A stretch of 64,000 bases of DNA, taken from positions 64,321 to 128,320 of the forward strand of contig CAKSFN010000007.1 of the NCBI GenBank assembly GCA_934454405.1. Direction: 5' to 3'. This DNA comes from an uncultured Eubacteriales bacterium. GTDB lineage: Bacteria; Bacillota; Clostridia; Oscillospirales; UBA644. The notes below the pieces were generated by a model that was not told the DNA's origin, searched no databases, and saw nothing but the letters and a program-made list of their open reading frames with translations. This document shows positions 44,112 through 54,162 of this stretch, piece by piece; position 1 is the stretch's first letter, and each line of letters opens with the position of its first letter. The position numbers and the translations under genes were made by a program.

Positions 44112-45896
44112 TTATCTGTACAAAGGACCGTACTGTTTGCACGCCGCGTAGTCCGCAGCCTGTCTGTCATCAGTTCCGAATGCCGCCCAAGAATGCGGAC
44201 GGTATATCTGCTCTTCGGGAACGTTATGCATATTGACGGGAATGCGAAGCATGGATGCAAGCGTGATAAGATCCGCTCCGACGTGACCGTAAACCGTTAC
44301 GCCGTGGTTAGCGCCCCAGTTTGCCATTACGCTGTAAACGTCGGTGAATGCGCCCTTGCCTGTAAGTCTCGGACAGAACCATGTCGTCGGCCAAGTCGGG
44401 TCTGTTCTCTTGTCGATGACGTTGTGTATTTCATCGGGAAGGCCGGAGGTGTAACCTTCCGCAATCTGCAATACGGGACCGATACCTTCGATGATGTTGA
44501 ATCGAAGCATCGTTACGGGCATTTCCGCCTTGCAACGGAAATGGCTGGAGAATCCGCCGCCGCGGAAATATTCATAGTCGGCTCTGCACCAATCTGTTGC
44601 TTCAAGACAAGCGGAAACGTCTTTGTCCGTCATTTCCCAGAAAGGTTTCATGCAGTTTTTGCCGTTCGCGTCTTTCGAAGCGCCGCTTCCGTCAAGCGCG
44701 GTTGCTCCGGAGTTAATAAGGTGGATAAATCCGTTAGCTGCAACGCCGTCGGGTCTGTGTCCCGTTACGCGTTCGCAAGCCTCGGGGCTCCAATAAGTGC
44801 GCACGTCGTGGAAGCACGGAGCAGAGTGGCTGACAAGCGTGCCGAGCATCATCGCAATACCGTTGCAGGTATCGTTTTCGGTTGCGAACGGCGTCGGAGC
44901 CTTTCTTCCGTTCCAGTCGAACGTCGATGCCATTATAGCCTCGGTGAAGTCTGCGTTCGGAAGCCAGTCCGTCCACTGTCTCTGACCCTGGAAGCCGCCT
45001 GCCACAGCATTTCTGCCGAGCGCTTCTTCGTGCCAGCCGAGATCGTCAAGCTTTGTGTTTCCGTAAAGAATATCGCGCATGATTATCGTCATCTTAACGA
45101 TAAATTCCCAGTCCTTATCGGCAGGAACGATTTTTGACTTCGTGATGACTTCGGGAAAGTTTTTGGAAGCATTCTTGTCAAAGCCTTCCCTGCAATTCGC
45201 TTTTACCCACGCGAGAGCCTTCTCGTATTCCTCATTATCGTAAATGCCGACGCTGATTCTGCGAAGGATCTCTACCTCGTCAACCCATTCCGCTCTGATA
45301 CCGAAGTACTTTTGAAGAACGGATGCGTCGCAGAAGCTGCCCGCGATACCCATCGCGATCGCTCCGACGTTGACATACGCTTTGTTTTTCATCCAGCCGA
45401 CAACAACGGCGCATCTTGCAAAGCGAAGGATTTTTTCGGCAACATCTGCGGGAACGGAGGTGTCGTCTTTATCCTGTACATCGTGACCGTAAATTGAAAA
45501 CGCGGGAAGACCGCGCTGCGCGTGAGCCGCGAGAACCGCCGCAAGATAAACCGCGCCGGGTCTTTCGGTTCCGTTAAAACCCCAAACAGCCTTAATCGTA
45601 TTCGGGTCCATATCGAATGTTTCCGTTCCGTAGCACCAGCAGGGCGTAACCGTAAGCGTTGCAACGACGTTTTCCGTCGCAAACTGATCCGCAACGCGAG
45701 CCGCTTCGGCGCCTCCGCCTATCGTCGTGCAACCGACAACGCACTGAACGGGAGTTCCGTCCGGATAACGAAGGGTGTCCGAGATAAGCTTTGCCGCGCT
45801 GTGCGCCATAGCCATGGTTTGGTTTTCAAGATTTTCGCGAACGCCGCCCCAGCGACCGTCGATCGCGGGTCTTATTCCTATCTTTGGATATAACAT
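44112..45896 (-). CDS. fucI: L-fucose isomerase
   Basis: 594 aa from ATG 45896, with an AGGTGA RBS. The N-terminus YPKIGIRPAIDGRWGGVRENLENQTM parallels E. coli FucI. Confidence 0.92.
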   Translation of the reverse strand: MLYPKIGIRPAIDGRWGGVRENLENQTMAMAHSAAKLISDTLRYPDGTPVQCVVGCTTIGGGAEAARVADQFATENVVATLTVTPCWCYGTETFDMDPNTIKAVWGFNGTERPGAVYLAAVLAAHAQRGLPAFSIYGHDVQDKDDTSVPADVAEKILRFARCAVVVGWMKNKAYVNVGAIAMGIAGSFCDASVLQKYFGIRAEWVDEVEILRRISVGIYDNEEYEKALAWVKANCREGFDKNASKNFPEVITKSKIVPADKDWEFIVKMTIIMRDILYGNTKLDDLGWHEEALGRNAVAGGFQGQRQWTDWLPNADFTEAIMASTFDWNGRKAPTPFATENDTCNGIAMMLGTLVSHSAPCFHDVRTYWSPEACERVTGHRPDGVAANGFIHLINSGATALDGSGASKDANGKNCMKPFWEMTDKDVSACLEATDWCRADYEYFRGGGFSSHFRCKAEMPVTMLRFNIIEGIGPVLQIAEGYTSGLPDEIHNVIDKRTDPTWPTTWFCPRLTGKGAFTDVYSVMANWGANHGVTVYGHVGADLITLASMLRIPVNMHNVPEEQIYRPHSWAAFGTDDRQAADYAACKQYGPLYR

Positions 45897-45960
45897 AATA
45901 ATCACCTTTCATACTTCAAGTTCTAAGGACATTTGAACAAATCTGTTCTGAAAAAGCGCA

Positions 45961-46001
45961 GAACCTGCCACACCACACGAAAGTGTGCGTGTGGCAGGTT
46001 C
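45961..46001 (-). other. long intra-operon hairpin between the binding-protein gene and fucI
   Basis: GAACCTGCCACACCACAC pairs with GTGTGCGTGTGGCAGGTTC in an ~18-bp stem with one bulge. This is typical of a stabiliser or attenuator after ABC binding-protein genes. Confidence 0.6.
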
Positions 46002-46037
46002 GACCTATATGCCAACTATTGTTGTTTTGCGAGGATA

Positions 46038-47111
46038 TCAGCCTTCGTAAACGAGGTTGTTCTTGATCATCTCGTCAACATTGGTAGCATCCCACCAAGC
46101 GCCTGCAATATCAACTTTTGCGGTAACGGTTTTGCCTTCTGCCGCAAAGATCGCCTGTTCAACAGCCTGGTAACCGATCTGATAGGAGTCCTGAGCAACC
46201 GAGCCGATAAGCTTCGGACCGGTGGTCTTCTTCATCCATTCGATCTGCTTGGATCCTGCGTCAAATCCGCAGAATACTATGTTGTCGTACTTGGAGCCTG
46301 CTGCGCCGATTGCGTCGTAAACCTGTTTAACAACGCCTTCGTTGCTCATGAAGATAGCCTTAACGCCCTTTTCGAAAAGAGCCTCGAGAGCTGCCTTGTA
46401 AGCCTGATCAGCATCGCCGGGTTTAACTTCTTTTTCGATGGTGTATTTGCCTGCGGTTGTGGAATCAGCGTCAGCGAGAGCCTTGAATTTCTCTTCGAAT
46501 CCGCCCGCGCGGTCAATACCGGTCTGGGTTTCGTCGTGCTGAATGATACCTACAACATAAGTGCCGGTGGAAGCAGCGATGTCAGCTTTGATCGCTTCGA
46601 AGAATTTCTCTGCCGCAAGACCCGCAGCAAGTCTGTTGCTCGTTGCAACGGAGGAAACTATCGGGTTCTGTTTTGCGGAATCAAGAGACTCAATGTCTTT
46701 TGCCCAGATGCCGCTGTCAAACTGAACAACGGGGATTTTCTGAGTGAATGCGTGTTTGAGGCTGTCAACGAATCCTTCGCCTATCGTTCCGAGAACGAGA
46801 CCTGCGGGATTGTTGTTAAGAGCGGTACTTACCATTTCCATCTGAGACGGAAGGTCTTTCGCGGACTCACTTGCGGGGCCCTGGAAAGTAACTTCGTAAC
46901 CGTACTTTTTGCCTGCGTCTACGGCGCCGGCTTTAACCGACTGCCAGAATGCGTGGGATTCGCCTTTTGCAACAACGGCAATGGTCTTGTTAACAGGTTT
47001 GCCGCCGTCTCCGGTCGGTTTGTCGGTGTTACCGCCGCAACCTGCGAGAAGGGCAACGGTCAACGCCAATACGCAAAGAAGCGGTAAAAACGTCTTTCTG
47101 AACTTTTTCAT
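46038..47111 (-). CDS. sugar ABC transporter substrate-binding lipoprotein
   Basis: 357 aa with a lipobox (LLAGCGG) and the periplasmic-binding type I fold of the ribose/galactose class. Confidence 0.88.
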   Translation of the reverse strand: MKKFRKTFLPLLCVLALTVALLAGCGGNTDKPTGDGGKPVNKTIAVVAKGESHAFWQSVKAGAVDAGKKYGYEVTFQGPASESAKDLPSQMEMVSTALNNNPAGLVLGTIGEGFVDSLKHAFTQKIPVVQFDSGIWAKDIESLDSAKQNPIVSSVATSNRLAAGLAAEKFFEAIKADIAASTGTYVVGIIQHDETQTGIDRAGGFEEKFKALADADSTTAGKYTIEKEVKPGDADQAYKAALEALFEKGVKAIFMSNEGVVKQVYDAIGAAGSKYDNIVFCGFDAGSKQIEWMKKTTGPKLIGSVAQDSYQIGYQAVEQAIFAAEGKTVTAKVDIAGAWWDATNVDEMIKNNLVYEG

Positions 47112-47160
47112 GAGAATGTCCTCCTTGAATTTTGACCCTTTCGGGTATTGTTAATTTATT

Positions 47161-48399
47161 TTAGGCTTTTTGCTGCTTAATTTTATCAAGCTCGAGTCTG
47201 TACTCGATCTTTGAGGTTTCGATCTTTTTGCGAAGATCTTCTGCTTTCTCGGCTCTTTCTTCGGCGAGAAGAGATTTATCGGAAAGAACAATATCAAGCT
47301 TATATTCAAGAAGCTCTTTGTTTTCCGCATACTGCTTTTTGAGCTGCTGTGCCGGGGAAAGAATCTTAACCTTTGCCGCTCTCTTATTCTTTATGATATC
47401 CATAAGAACAGCGATAACAACGATTACGCCCGTCAAAACATAGGTTACGTAGGTTGCGTTTACATTGAGGTGGAATTTTGCGAGAACGAAGTTCAAGCCG
47501 CTTCTGATTACGACAAGCATCATACTTCCGATTACCGAACCCGGAACGGATGCGATACCGCCCGCCGCGCTTGTTCCGCCGATATATACGCCTGCGATGG
47601 CGTCAAGCTCATAGCCGTTACCGGTCGCCGCCGCAACGGTTGTGAACGATGCGGACCAGAAGATTGCCGCGACACCTGCGCCGATACCGCTGATGATATA
47701 GGCGATCATCTTGTACTTATCGGTGTTGATACCGGAAAGTCTCGTCGCCTCCTCGTTACTGCCTATCGAAAGGATGTATCTGCCGACCTTGTTTTTGTAC
47801 ATAAAGTACATACAGAGAAGCATAAAGCCGACTACCCAGATAAGACCTACGGGGAAAGAGTTATAGTTGGAGAAAACTTCATTAAACCAGCTGCCGGTGG
47901 GATAGAATATGTTGGGAACGACAACTATGATGGCACTTAAGCCTCTTGAAAACATCATCGTGCCGAGCGTGGCTATGAATGCCGGCATTTTCAGCTTTGC
48001 AACAAGAAAACCGTTGATGAAACCGAACAGAGCGCCGATGAATATCATAACGGGTATCGTTGCCCAGAGCGGAATGATATTCTTTGTGAAGAGGTGACCC
48101 GCAACAACCGAGGACGCGATACATACGGTACCTATCGAGAGGTCAATGCCTCCGGTTGCTATTACGAACGTTACGCCGAGGGCGAGGATCGCATAAGGAG
48201 CCAAGCTCTGCGCCATACTTACAATGTTGTATCTGTTAAGGAAATTCGGGTTAAGAAGCCAGAATACAAAAATCAGAACAAGAAGCGCAAACAGGATTAT
48301 CATATTCTGCAAGCCTTTTGTCTTAAAGGTCTTCCCGAAGTTTTTCACCGATCTGCGCATTCTGCGCGAAGCGGAAATTTTTATGTTTTCGTTATCCAT
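47161..48399 (-). CDS. sugar ABC transporter permease with C-terminal coiled-coil extension
   Basis: 412 aa with an RbsC/MglC-type multi-TM core followed by a charged helical tail of about 75 aa. Confidence 0.88.
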   Translation of the reverse strand: MDNENIKISASRRMRRSVKNFGKTFKTKGLQNMIILFALLVLIFVFWLLNPNFLNRYNIVSMAQSLAPYAILALGVTFVIATGGIDLSIGTVCIASSVVAGHLFTKNIIPLWATIPVMIFIGALFGFINGFLVAKLKMPAFIATLGTMMFSRGLSAIIVVVPNIFYPTGSWFNEVFSNYNSFPVGLIWVVGFMLLCMYFMYKNKVGRYILSIGSNEEATRLSGINTDKYKMIAYIISGIGAGVAAIFWSASFTTVAAATGNGYELDAIAGVYIGGTSAAGGIASVPGSVIGSMMLVVIRSGLNFVLAKFHLNVNATYVTYVLTGVIVVIAVLMDIIKNKRAAKVKILSPAQQLKKQYAENKELLEYKLDIVLSDKSLLAEERAEKAEDLRKKIETSKIEYRLELDKIKQQKA

Positions 48400-48450
48400 T
48401 TATATAACCTCCCGAAATCAATCTTGGTGGTTTGTTTTCTTTTTCTTTGT

Positions 48451-49950
48451 TTAATTTCGCAGCGTCGCGTATTTCATAATCTCTTCCTGAGTAAGTCCGT
48501 CGTCAATCTTCAGGTCAGCGGTAAGTCTGCCCTCGCACATAACGACCACTCTGTCCGAAAGTCTTTGTATCTCGGATAACTCGGAGGAAATCATTATAAT
48601 TGATTTTCCCTGCGCCGCAAGTTCTTCCATCAACTCGTACATTTCGCTCTTTGCTCCGACGTCGATACCTCTTGTCGGTTCGTCAAAAATGAATATATCC
48701 GAGTTTTTCAAAAGCCAACGCGCCACGATTACCTTCTGCTGGTTTCCTCCGGAGAGGTTCTTCAGAAGCTGATCCATCGACGGGGTTTTTGTTCTCAGCT
48801 TGTTGTTGACCGCCTCGGCTTCTCTTTTCGCTTTTTTATCGTTTATCCATCCGAACTTGATAAAATCATTAAGAGATGCGAGGACGGAGTTTTCCGCAAC
48901 GGATTTAATAAGAAGCAATCCGTACTGCTTTCTGTCTTCCGAAAGATAGCAGATACCGTGCTTTACGGCAGCTTCGGGAGTTCTTATCTTAACTTTTTTG
49001 CCGTTTATAAAAACTTCACCTGAATCAAAGTTGTCGGCGCCGTAAATTGCTCTTGCAAGTTCCGTTCTGCCTGCGCCCATAAGACCCGCAAATCCGAGTA
49101 TCTCGCCTTTGCGAAGTTTAAAGCTGACGTCTTTGACCATATTGCCGCTTCGCATATTCCGAACTTCAAGCACCGTCGGAGCGTCGTCCGGAACGTTGCT
49201 TTTCGTTTTAGGCTCGGTATAAACAACTCTGCCGACCATCATTTTGACGATCTCGTCCTTTGTTGTGTCCTTCGTTATAAGGGTTCCGACGTATTCGCCG
49301 TCTCTCATAACCGTTACCCTGTCGGAAATCCTGTTTATTTCGTCCATTCTGTGAGAGATATAAATCATTCCGATGCCCTTGTCACGAAGATCGTTCATTA
49401 TTCTGAACAGCTCCTCAACTTCGGGCTGCGTCAAAGCCGCGGTGGGTTCGTCAAGAACCAAAAGCTTTGAGTCGTGCGAAATCGCTTTTGCGATTTCGAC
49501 CATCTGCTGTTTTCCTACGGTCAGAGTTCCGAGCTTAACGGAAGGGTCGATTTTAATTCCGATTCTTGCAAACAACGCCCGCGCGTCGCTTTCCATCTTT
49601 CGGTCATCAATATAGACCCCTGCTTTTTTCGGTTCGCGTCCGATATATATATTCTGCGCGACCGTGAGATGGTTCATCATATTGAGTTCCTGGTGAATGA
49701 TACTGATTCCCGCCGCCTGAGACTCCGCAATGTTCGAGAAATTAACAGGCTTGCCGAAATACTCTATCTCACCGGCGTCTCTGGAATGGATACCGCACAG
49801 AACCTTCATCAATGTCGATTTTCCCGCGCCGTTCTCTCCCATAAGAGCGTGAACTTCTCCGGAACGCAGTTCAAAGTCAACGTTGTTCAATGCGTGAACG
49901 CCCGAGAACCTTTTGTCTATTCCGGTCATCTTTAAGATAATGTCACCCAT
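48451..49950 (-). CDS. sugar ABC transporter ATP-binding protein (duplicated ABC domains)
   Basis: 499 aa with the Walker A motifs GENGAGKST and GLMGAGRTE and the signature LSGGNQQK. Confidence 0.93.
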   Translation of the reverse strand: MGDIILKMTGIDKRFSGVHALNNVDFELRSGEVHALMGENGAGKSTLMKVLCGIHSRDAGEIEYFGKPVNFSNIAESQAAGISIIHQELNMMNHLTVAQNIYIGREPKKAGVYIDDRKMESDARALFARIGIKIDPSVKLGTLTVGKQQMVEIAKAISHDSKLLVLDEPTAALTQPEVEELFRIMNDLRDKGIGMIYISHRMDEINRISDRVTVMRDGEYVGTLITKDTTKDEIVKMMVGRVVYTEPKTKSNVPDDAPTVLEVRNMRSGNMVKDVSFKLRKGEILGFAGLMGAGRTELARAIYGADNFDSGEVFINGKKVKIRTPEAAVKHGICYLSEDRKQYGLLLIKSVAENSVLASLNDFIKFGWINDKKAKREAEAVNNKLRTKTPSMDQLLKNLSGGNQQKVIVARWLLKNSDIFIFDEPTRGIDVGAKSEMYELMEELAAQGKSIIMISSELSEIQRLSDRVVVMCEGRLTADLKIDDGLTQEEIMKYATLRN

Positions 49951-50084
49951 ATTATGTCACTCTCTTTCCGGTATCATTATCAACAGTTTTGTTCCTCTGT
50001 TCGATTACATTCTATCAGTTTTGCACAAATTGCGCAATACATTTAATTGGCATTTTTGTGTCGCAAGAAAATCCTATTTGCCGG

Positions 50085-50113
50085 TTGACAATTAAATAAA
50101 ACTATGTTATAAT
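50085..50113 (+). promoter_or_regulatory. consensus extended -10 promoter of the AraC-family gene
   Basis: TTGACA at 50085-50090, a 17-nt spacer ending in TGT, then TATAAT at 50108-50113. Confidence 0.65.
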
Positions 50114-50208
50114 CTTTATATAATATTAAATATGCTGATTTTATCATTATTATACATACAGAATTGTTACAAAATTTTTCTGTCAAATGTCAAGGAGGGT
50201 GACATTTT

Positions 50209-51093
50209 ATGGAAGTTATGCACAGATACAACAGCGAGGAACGACAGCATTATTTGTTGGAAAAGCACTATTCCTTCAAATTAAAGCCTCGCCTTTTGTA
50301 CGTCGGACTCCTCGACAAGCACGGCGGCTGGCGCGAGGTGCCGCATGACCATAAGTTTCTGGAGATCATATTTGTATCGGACGGCTGCGGAACCGTTGCG
50401 ATCAAAGACGAGGTTTTCAATGTAAAGCGCGGCGATCTGCTTGTATACAATGCCGAAGTTATGCATTTTGAAAAAAGCAGCGAAACGGACCCGATGGAGA
50501 TACTTTTTGTCGCATACGACAAACTGGAGATAACCGACCTTCCCCCGAACTGGCTGCTGCCGCCTTCCTACGGCTATGTTTTCCCGAGCGGAGATATGTA
50601 TGACATTTTCTACCGTTATTTTTCGATGCTCGTCAAGGAATTCGACCAGAAAGAACGTTTTTATATGGAAATCACGCAGAATGTGTCAAGAACGCTGCTT
50701 ATGTATATATTCCGCCTGATAAACAAAACGGAAAACGCCGCCGGCTTGCTTGATTCGGGCAAAACCATGGAAACCGCACTGAAATATATTGATGAGAATT
50801 TCCGGAACGAGATAACGCTCGACTCTCTTGCGGAGGCTTGTTATACAAATAAATACTATCTTTCACATCAGTTCACGAGAGCGCAGGGCGTCAGCGTCGG
50901 GAAATATATACTCGGCAAACGTATAAAGGAAGCAAAACGCCAGCTCGAAAACAAGGATATACCGGATAAAGACTTTTCCGTTGCGAAAATCGCCGTCGAT
51001 GTAGGTTTCAACGACCCGAGCTATTTTTGCAGAGTTTTCAAAAAGGAAACGGGAATCACTCCCCTTGCGTACAGAAAAAGAGCGATAGGTTAG
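50209..51093 (+). CDS. AraC-family transcriptional regulator (cupin sensor plus HTH)
   Basis: 294 aa with an AAGGAGGG RBS. The C-terminal dual HTH includes FNDPSYFCRVFKKETGITP. Confidence 0.9.
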   Translation: MEVMHRYNSEERQHYLLEKHYSFKLKPRLLYVGLLDKHGGWREVPHDHKFLEIIFVSDGCGTVAIKDEVFNVKRGDLLVYNAEVMHFEKSSETDPMEILFVAYDKLEITDLPPNWLLPPSYGYVFPSGDMYDIFYRYFSMLVKEFDQKERFYMEITQNVSRTLLMYIFRLINKTENAAGLLDSGKTMETALKYIDENFRNEITLDSLAEACYTNKYYLSHQFTRAQGVSVGKYILGKRIKEAKRQLENKDIPDKDFSVAKIAVDVGFNDPSYFCRVFKKETGITPLAYRKRAIG

Positions 51094-51138
51094 CTTTTAC
51101 GCGGCGCGGTTAAATGTGCAGCACCATACTGAAAAATA

Positions 51139-51167
51139 CAGGACGGCTCGTTTTGCGAGCCGTCCTG
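51139..51167. terminator. bidirectional terminator between araC-like gene and recN
   Basis: CAGGACGGCTCG, loop TTTTG, CGAGCCGTCCTG: a perfect 12-bp stem. Confidence 0.8.
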
Positions 51168-51175
51168 CTTTATAT

Positions 51176-52840
51176 TTAATTAAAATTATCGGCAGCTTTT
51201 AGCATATCTTTCGCGGTCTCCTTCGCCGAAGAAGCAATATCGCCTCCGAGCAGCCTCGCCAGCTCATCCACGCGCCCCGCGCCGTCAAGCGCGTCAACCG
51301 TTGTGTAAGTTCTGCTGCCATCGTCCTTTTTCTCGATTTTCAGATGTTCGTCCGCGTACGCCGCAATCTGAGCAAGGTGCGTAACGGTTATAACCTGCGT
51401 TATTTTCGACATCTGCTTCATTTTTTGCGCGATACGCACGGAAGCTCTGCCGCTGACGCCCGTATCTATCTCGTCAAATATAAGCGTTTCGTTTTTCTCG
51501 GGCGAAGACAGAATTTTTCTCAACGCAAGCATTATGCGGCTCAATTCGCCGCCCGAAGCAACCGACGAAAGAGGCTTGACGGTCTCCCCTACGTTCGTGC
51601 TTATAAGAAACTCAACGTCATCGGCGCCGTCAAAAGAATACTTCTTTTTATCAATTCGCACTTCGACCCGAACTTTCGGCATTTCAAGCTCGGAAAGCTC
51701 CCTCATGACCTCTTTTCGGATCTTTTCAGCGGCATCTTTTCTTGTCTGCGTCAATTTTTGAGCCTTTGACACAAGCTCGTCATGTGCTTTTATCAGCTCC
51801 GCGTCAAGCTTGAGAACGGCGGCGTCGGAATATTCTATCTGCGCAAGCTGTTCTTTTGCAGCGGCAAGATAAGAGTTGATTTCCGCTATCGTTTTTCCGT
51901 ATTTTCTTTTAAGAGAATTTATAACGCCGAGCCTGTCTTCAATTTCGTCAAGTTCACGAGGATTGAAGTCAAAACCGTCGGCAAGCTTTCGAACATCGTC
52001 TGCCAGCGCGTCGAGATCTGTTAAAATGTTTTCGGAACGCGACGAAAATTCTTCAAGCTCCGGGGAAAACTCCGAAACGACTTCAAGACCGCAGACCGCG
52101 CGCGAAAACATATCGGAAATGTTATACTCTCCGTCGGAAAGAATGTTTCTGACCAAGGACAGGTTTTCGATTATTTTTTCGGCGCCCGAAAGTATTTTTT
52201 TTCTGTTTGCAAGATCCGTGTCTTCACCCTCGACGGGAGATGCCGCTTCGATTTCGTTTATCTGGTATGTAAGAGTGTCTACCTTTCTCGCTTTTTCGTC
52301 ATCGTCAAGCGTCAGCCTGTCAATTTCTTTCTTTATCGCCCGAAACTCTCTGTACGCAGTTCTGTAATCCGTGATTTCCCCGATATTTCCCGCATACGCG
52401 TCAAGAAAAGAAAGGTGCGTCGCCGTGTCAAGCAACGTTCCGTTATCCTGCTGTCCGTGAATGGTGATGAGTTTTTTGCCGAATTCACGCAGAACCGAGG
52501 CGGGAACCTGCCTTGAATTTACCCTTGCAACGCTTTTGCCTTCGGACGAAAGCTCGCGCGAAAGGAAAAGGCTTCCGTCGCTTTCTTCGGGAATCCCGTA
52601 TTCCGAAAACAGCTTTTCAAGCCCTTTAACTCCGAAAAATTCCGCGCTTACAAAAGCTTTTGCGCACCCGGTTCTTATCAAGTCCTTCGACGCCCTGTTG
52701 CCGAGCAAAATATTTATACTGTCGATTAAGATGGATTTTCCCGCGCCCGTTTCGCCCGTCAGCGCGACAAAACCCTTGCTGAACTCTATGTCGGCATTTT
52801 CAATGACGGCAATATTTTCAATATGTAACCGTGAAATCAT
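51176..52840 (-). CDS. recN: DNA repair protein RecN
   Basis: 554 aa with Walker A (GETGAGKS), a long coiled-coil centre and an SMC-like C-terminus. Confidence 0.93.
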   Translation of the reverse strand: MISRLHIENIAVIENADIEFSKGFVALTGETGAGKSILIDSINILLGNRASKDLIRTGCAKAFVSAEFFGVKGLEKLFSEYGIPEESDGSLFLSRELSSEGKSVARVNSRQVPASVLREFGKKLITIHGQQDNGTLLDTATHLSFLDAYAGNIGEITDYRTAYREFRAIKKEIDRLTLDDDEKARKVDTLTYQINEIEAASPVEGEDTDLANRKKILSGAEKIIENLSLVRNILSDGEYNISDMFSRAVCGLEVVSEFSPELEEFSSRSENILTDLDALADDVRKLADGFDFNPRELDEIEDRLGVINSLKRKYGKTIAEINSYLAAAKEQLAQIEYSDAAVLKLDAELIKAHDELVSKAQKLTQTRKDAAEKIRKEVMRELSELEMPKVRVEVRIDKKKYSFDGADDVEFLISTNVGETVKPLSSVASGGELSRIMLALRKILSSPEKNETLIFDEIDTGVSGRASVRIAQKMKQMSKITQVITVTHLAQIAAYADEHLKIEKKDDGSRTYTTVDALDGAGRVDELARLLGGDIASSAKETAKDMLKAADNFN

Positions 52841-52843
52841 GAA

Positions 52844-53314
52844 TTATAAGCCCGCGGTTATCGCGTTTATTTCGGAAACGATGTCAAGCGCCTTGTCGTT
52901 ATCCGTCGCGACAAGAAAAATCGTATCGTCGCCGGCAAGCGAACCGACGATGTTTGTTCTGTCCAGCGCATCGATTGAAGCGCATACCGCCTGCGCCATA
53001 CCGGTGTAGCACTTAACAACAACAATATTCTGCGCAACGCGAACGTTCATAATGCCCTCACGCATAACAGCCTGAGATTTTGCGCTGAGAACGTTGCCGC
53101 CCGAAACGGCTTTGTCTCTCTGTTCATATCTGTACACGTTGTCCTTCGTCAATATCTTGACCAAATGCATCTCTTTGATGTCTCTGGAAACGGTCGCCTG
53201 CGTCGCCTTAAATCCGGCGGCGTTCAAAAACAGAGTAAGCTCGTCCTGCGTTTCAATGTTGTTGTCGTTGATGATTTCAAGTATTTTAGCATGTCTTCTG
53301 CTTTTCAGTTTCAT
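52844..53314 (-). CDS. argR: arginine repressor
   Basis: 156 aa with an N-terminal winged helix and a C-terminal oligomerisation domain (GTLAGDDTIF-type motif SLAGDDTIFL). Confidence 0.9.
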   Translation of the reverse strand: MKLKSRRHAKILEIINDNNIETQDELTLFLNAAGFKATQATVSRDIKEMHLVKILTKDNVYRYEQRDKAVSGGNVLSAKSQAVMREGIMNVRVAQNIVVVKCYTGMAQAVCASIDALDRTNIVGSLAGDDTIFLVATDNDKALDIVSEINAITAGL

Positions 53315-53318
53315 TTGC

Positions 53319-54158
53319 TTACCTCAACTTCATATTTAAAATCTCGTAGAATGACAAATCTTTCAATCTGATTATTTTTGTTGTTTTCTCCGACCGCTCG
53401 ACCTCAACGGTGTCGTTGTCCTCAAGTCGGAAGTTTTCATACCCGTCCGCCGTCAAATACGGTTCGCCGTTAAAAACGGAAACCTCCGCATACAGCTTTG
53501 TCGCCGCGTCAAAAAGAATGGGTCTGCTGTGCAGAGAATGCGCGCATATCGGGGTAAGAACGATAGCCTGCATTTTCGGATCGACGGCGGGACCTCCCGC
53601 GGAAATCGAGTATCCGGTTGAACCCGTCGGCGTTGAAAAAACAATGCCGTCTGCGGAATATTCGCTTATAAAACCGGCATCGGAATCGACTTTGATTCCG
53701 ACGGTTCTGCTGACCGCGCCGTGGCTTATGACAACGTCATTCAGTGCGGAACAGGAAAAACAAATCTCACCGTTTCTGACAACTCTGCAATCAAGCATCA
53801 TTCTTTCGTCCACGGTATACCTGCCCTCAACAAGATCGTTAAGCAGAGTGACCTCAACGGGTTCGACCTCCGCAAGGAAGCCGACTTTGCCCATATTAAT
53901 GCCGAGTATCGGCTTTCCGAAGACCGAGGCCTTCCGCGCCGCGCGCAAAATCGTGCCGTCGCCTCCGACGCTCAAAACAATATCGCAGAACTCAATTCCT
54001 TCGCCCGTTTCACGAAATTCAACCCCGGAAAAGGTATCGGAAACGGACGGAACGTCCGAACTTATACTAACGCCGAGATCGAGAAGCTCGCGAACGATGG
54101 CTTCCGTAACGGAGAGGTCGTTGTCCTTTTGCGTATTCGTAACGATATGAACTTTCAA
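53319..54158 (-). CDS. nadK: NAD kinase
   Basis: 279 aa with the GGDGT motif (SVGGDGTIL). Confidence 0.92.
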   Translation of the reverse strand: MKVHIVTNTQKDNDLSVTEAIVRELLDLGVSISSDVPSVSDTFSGVEFRETGEGIEFCDIVLSVGGDGTILRAARKASVFGKPILGINMGKVGFLAEVEPVEVTLLNDLVEGRYTVDERMMLDCRVVRNGEICFSCSALNDVVISHGAVSRTVGIKVDSDAGFISEYSADGIVFSTPTGSTGYSISAGGPAVDPKMQAIVLTPICAHSLHSRPILFDAATKLYAEVSVFNGEPYLTADGYENFRLEDNDTVEVERSEKTTKIIRLKDLSFYEILNMKLR

Positions 54159-54162
54159 GAGA

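Noticed and set aside
44076-47087. 353-aa and 384-aa plus-strand ORFs opposite fucI and the sugar-binding lipoprotein gene.
   Set aside because: They are antisense shadows of clearly recognisable genes, with Cys/Arg/Val-rich implausible sequence and no translation signals.
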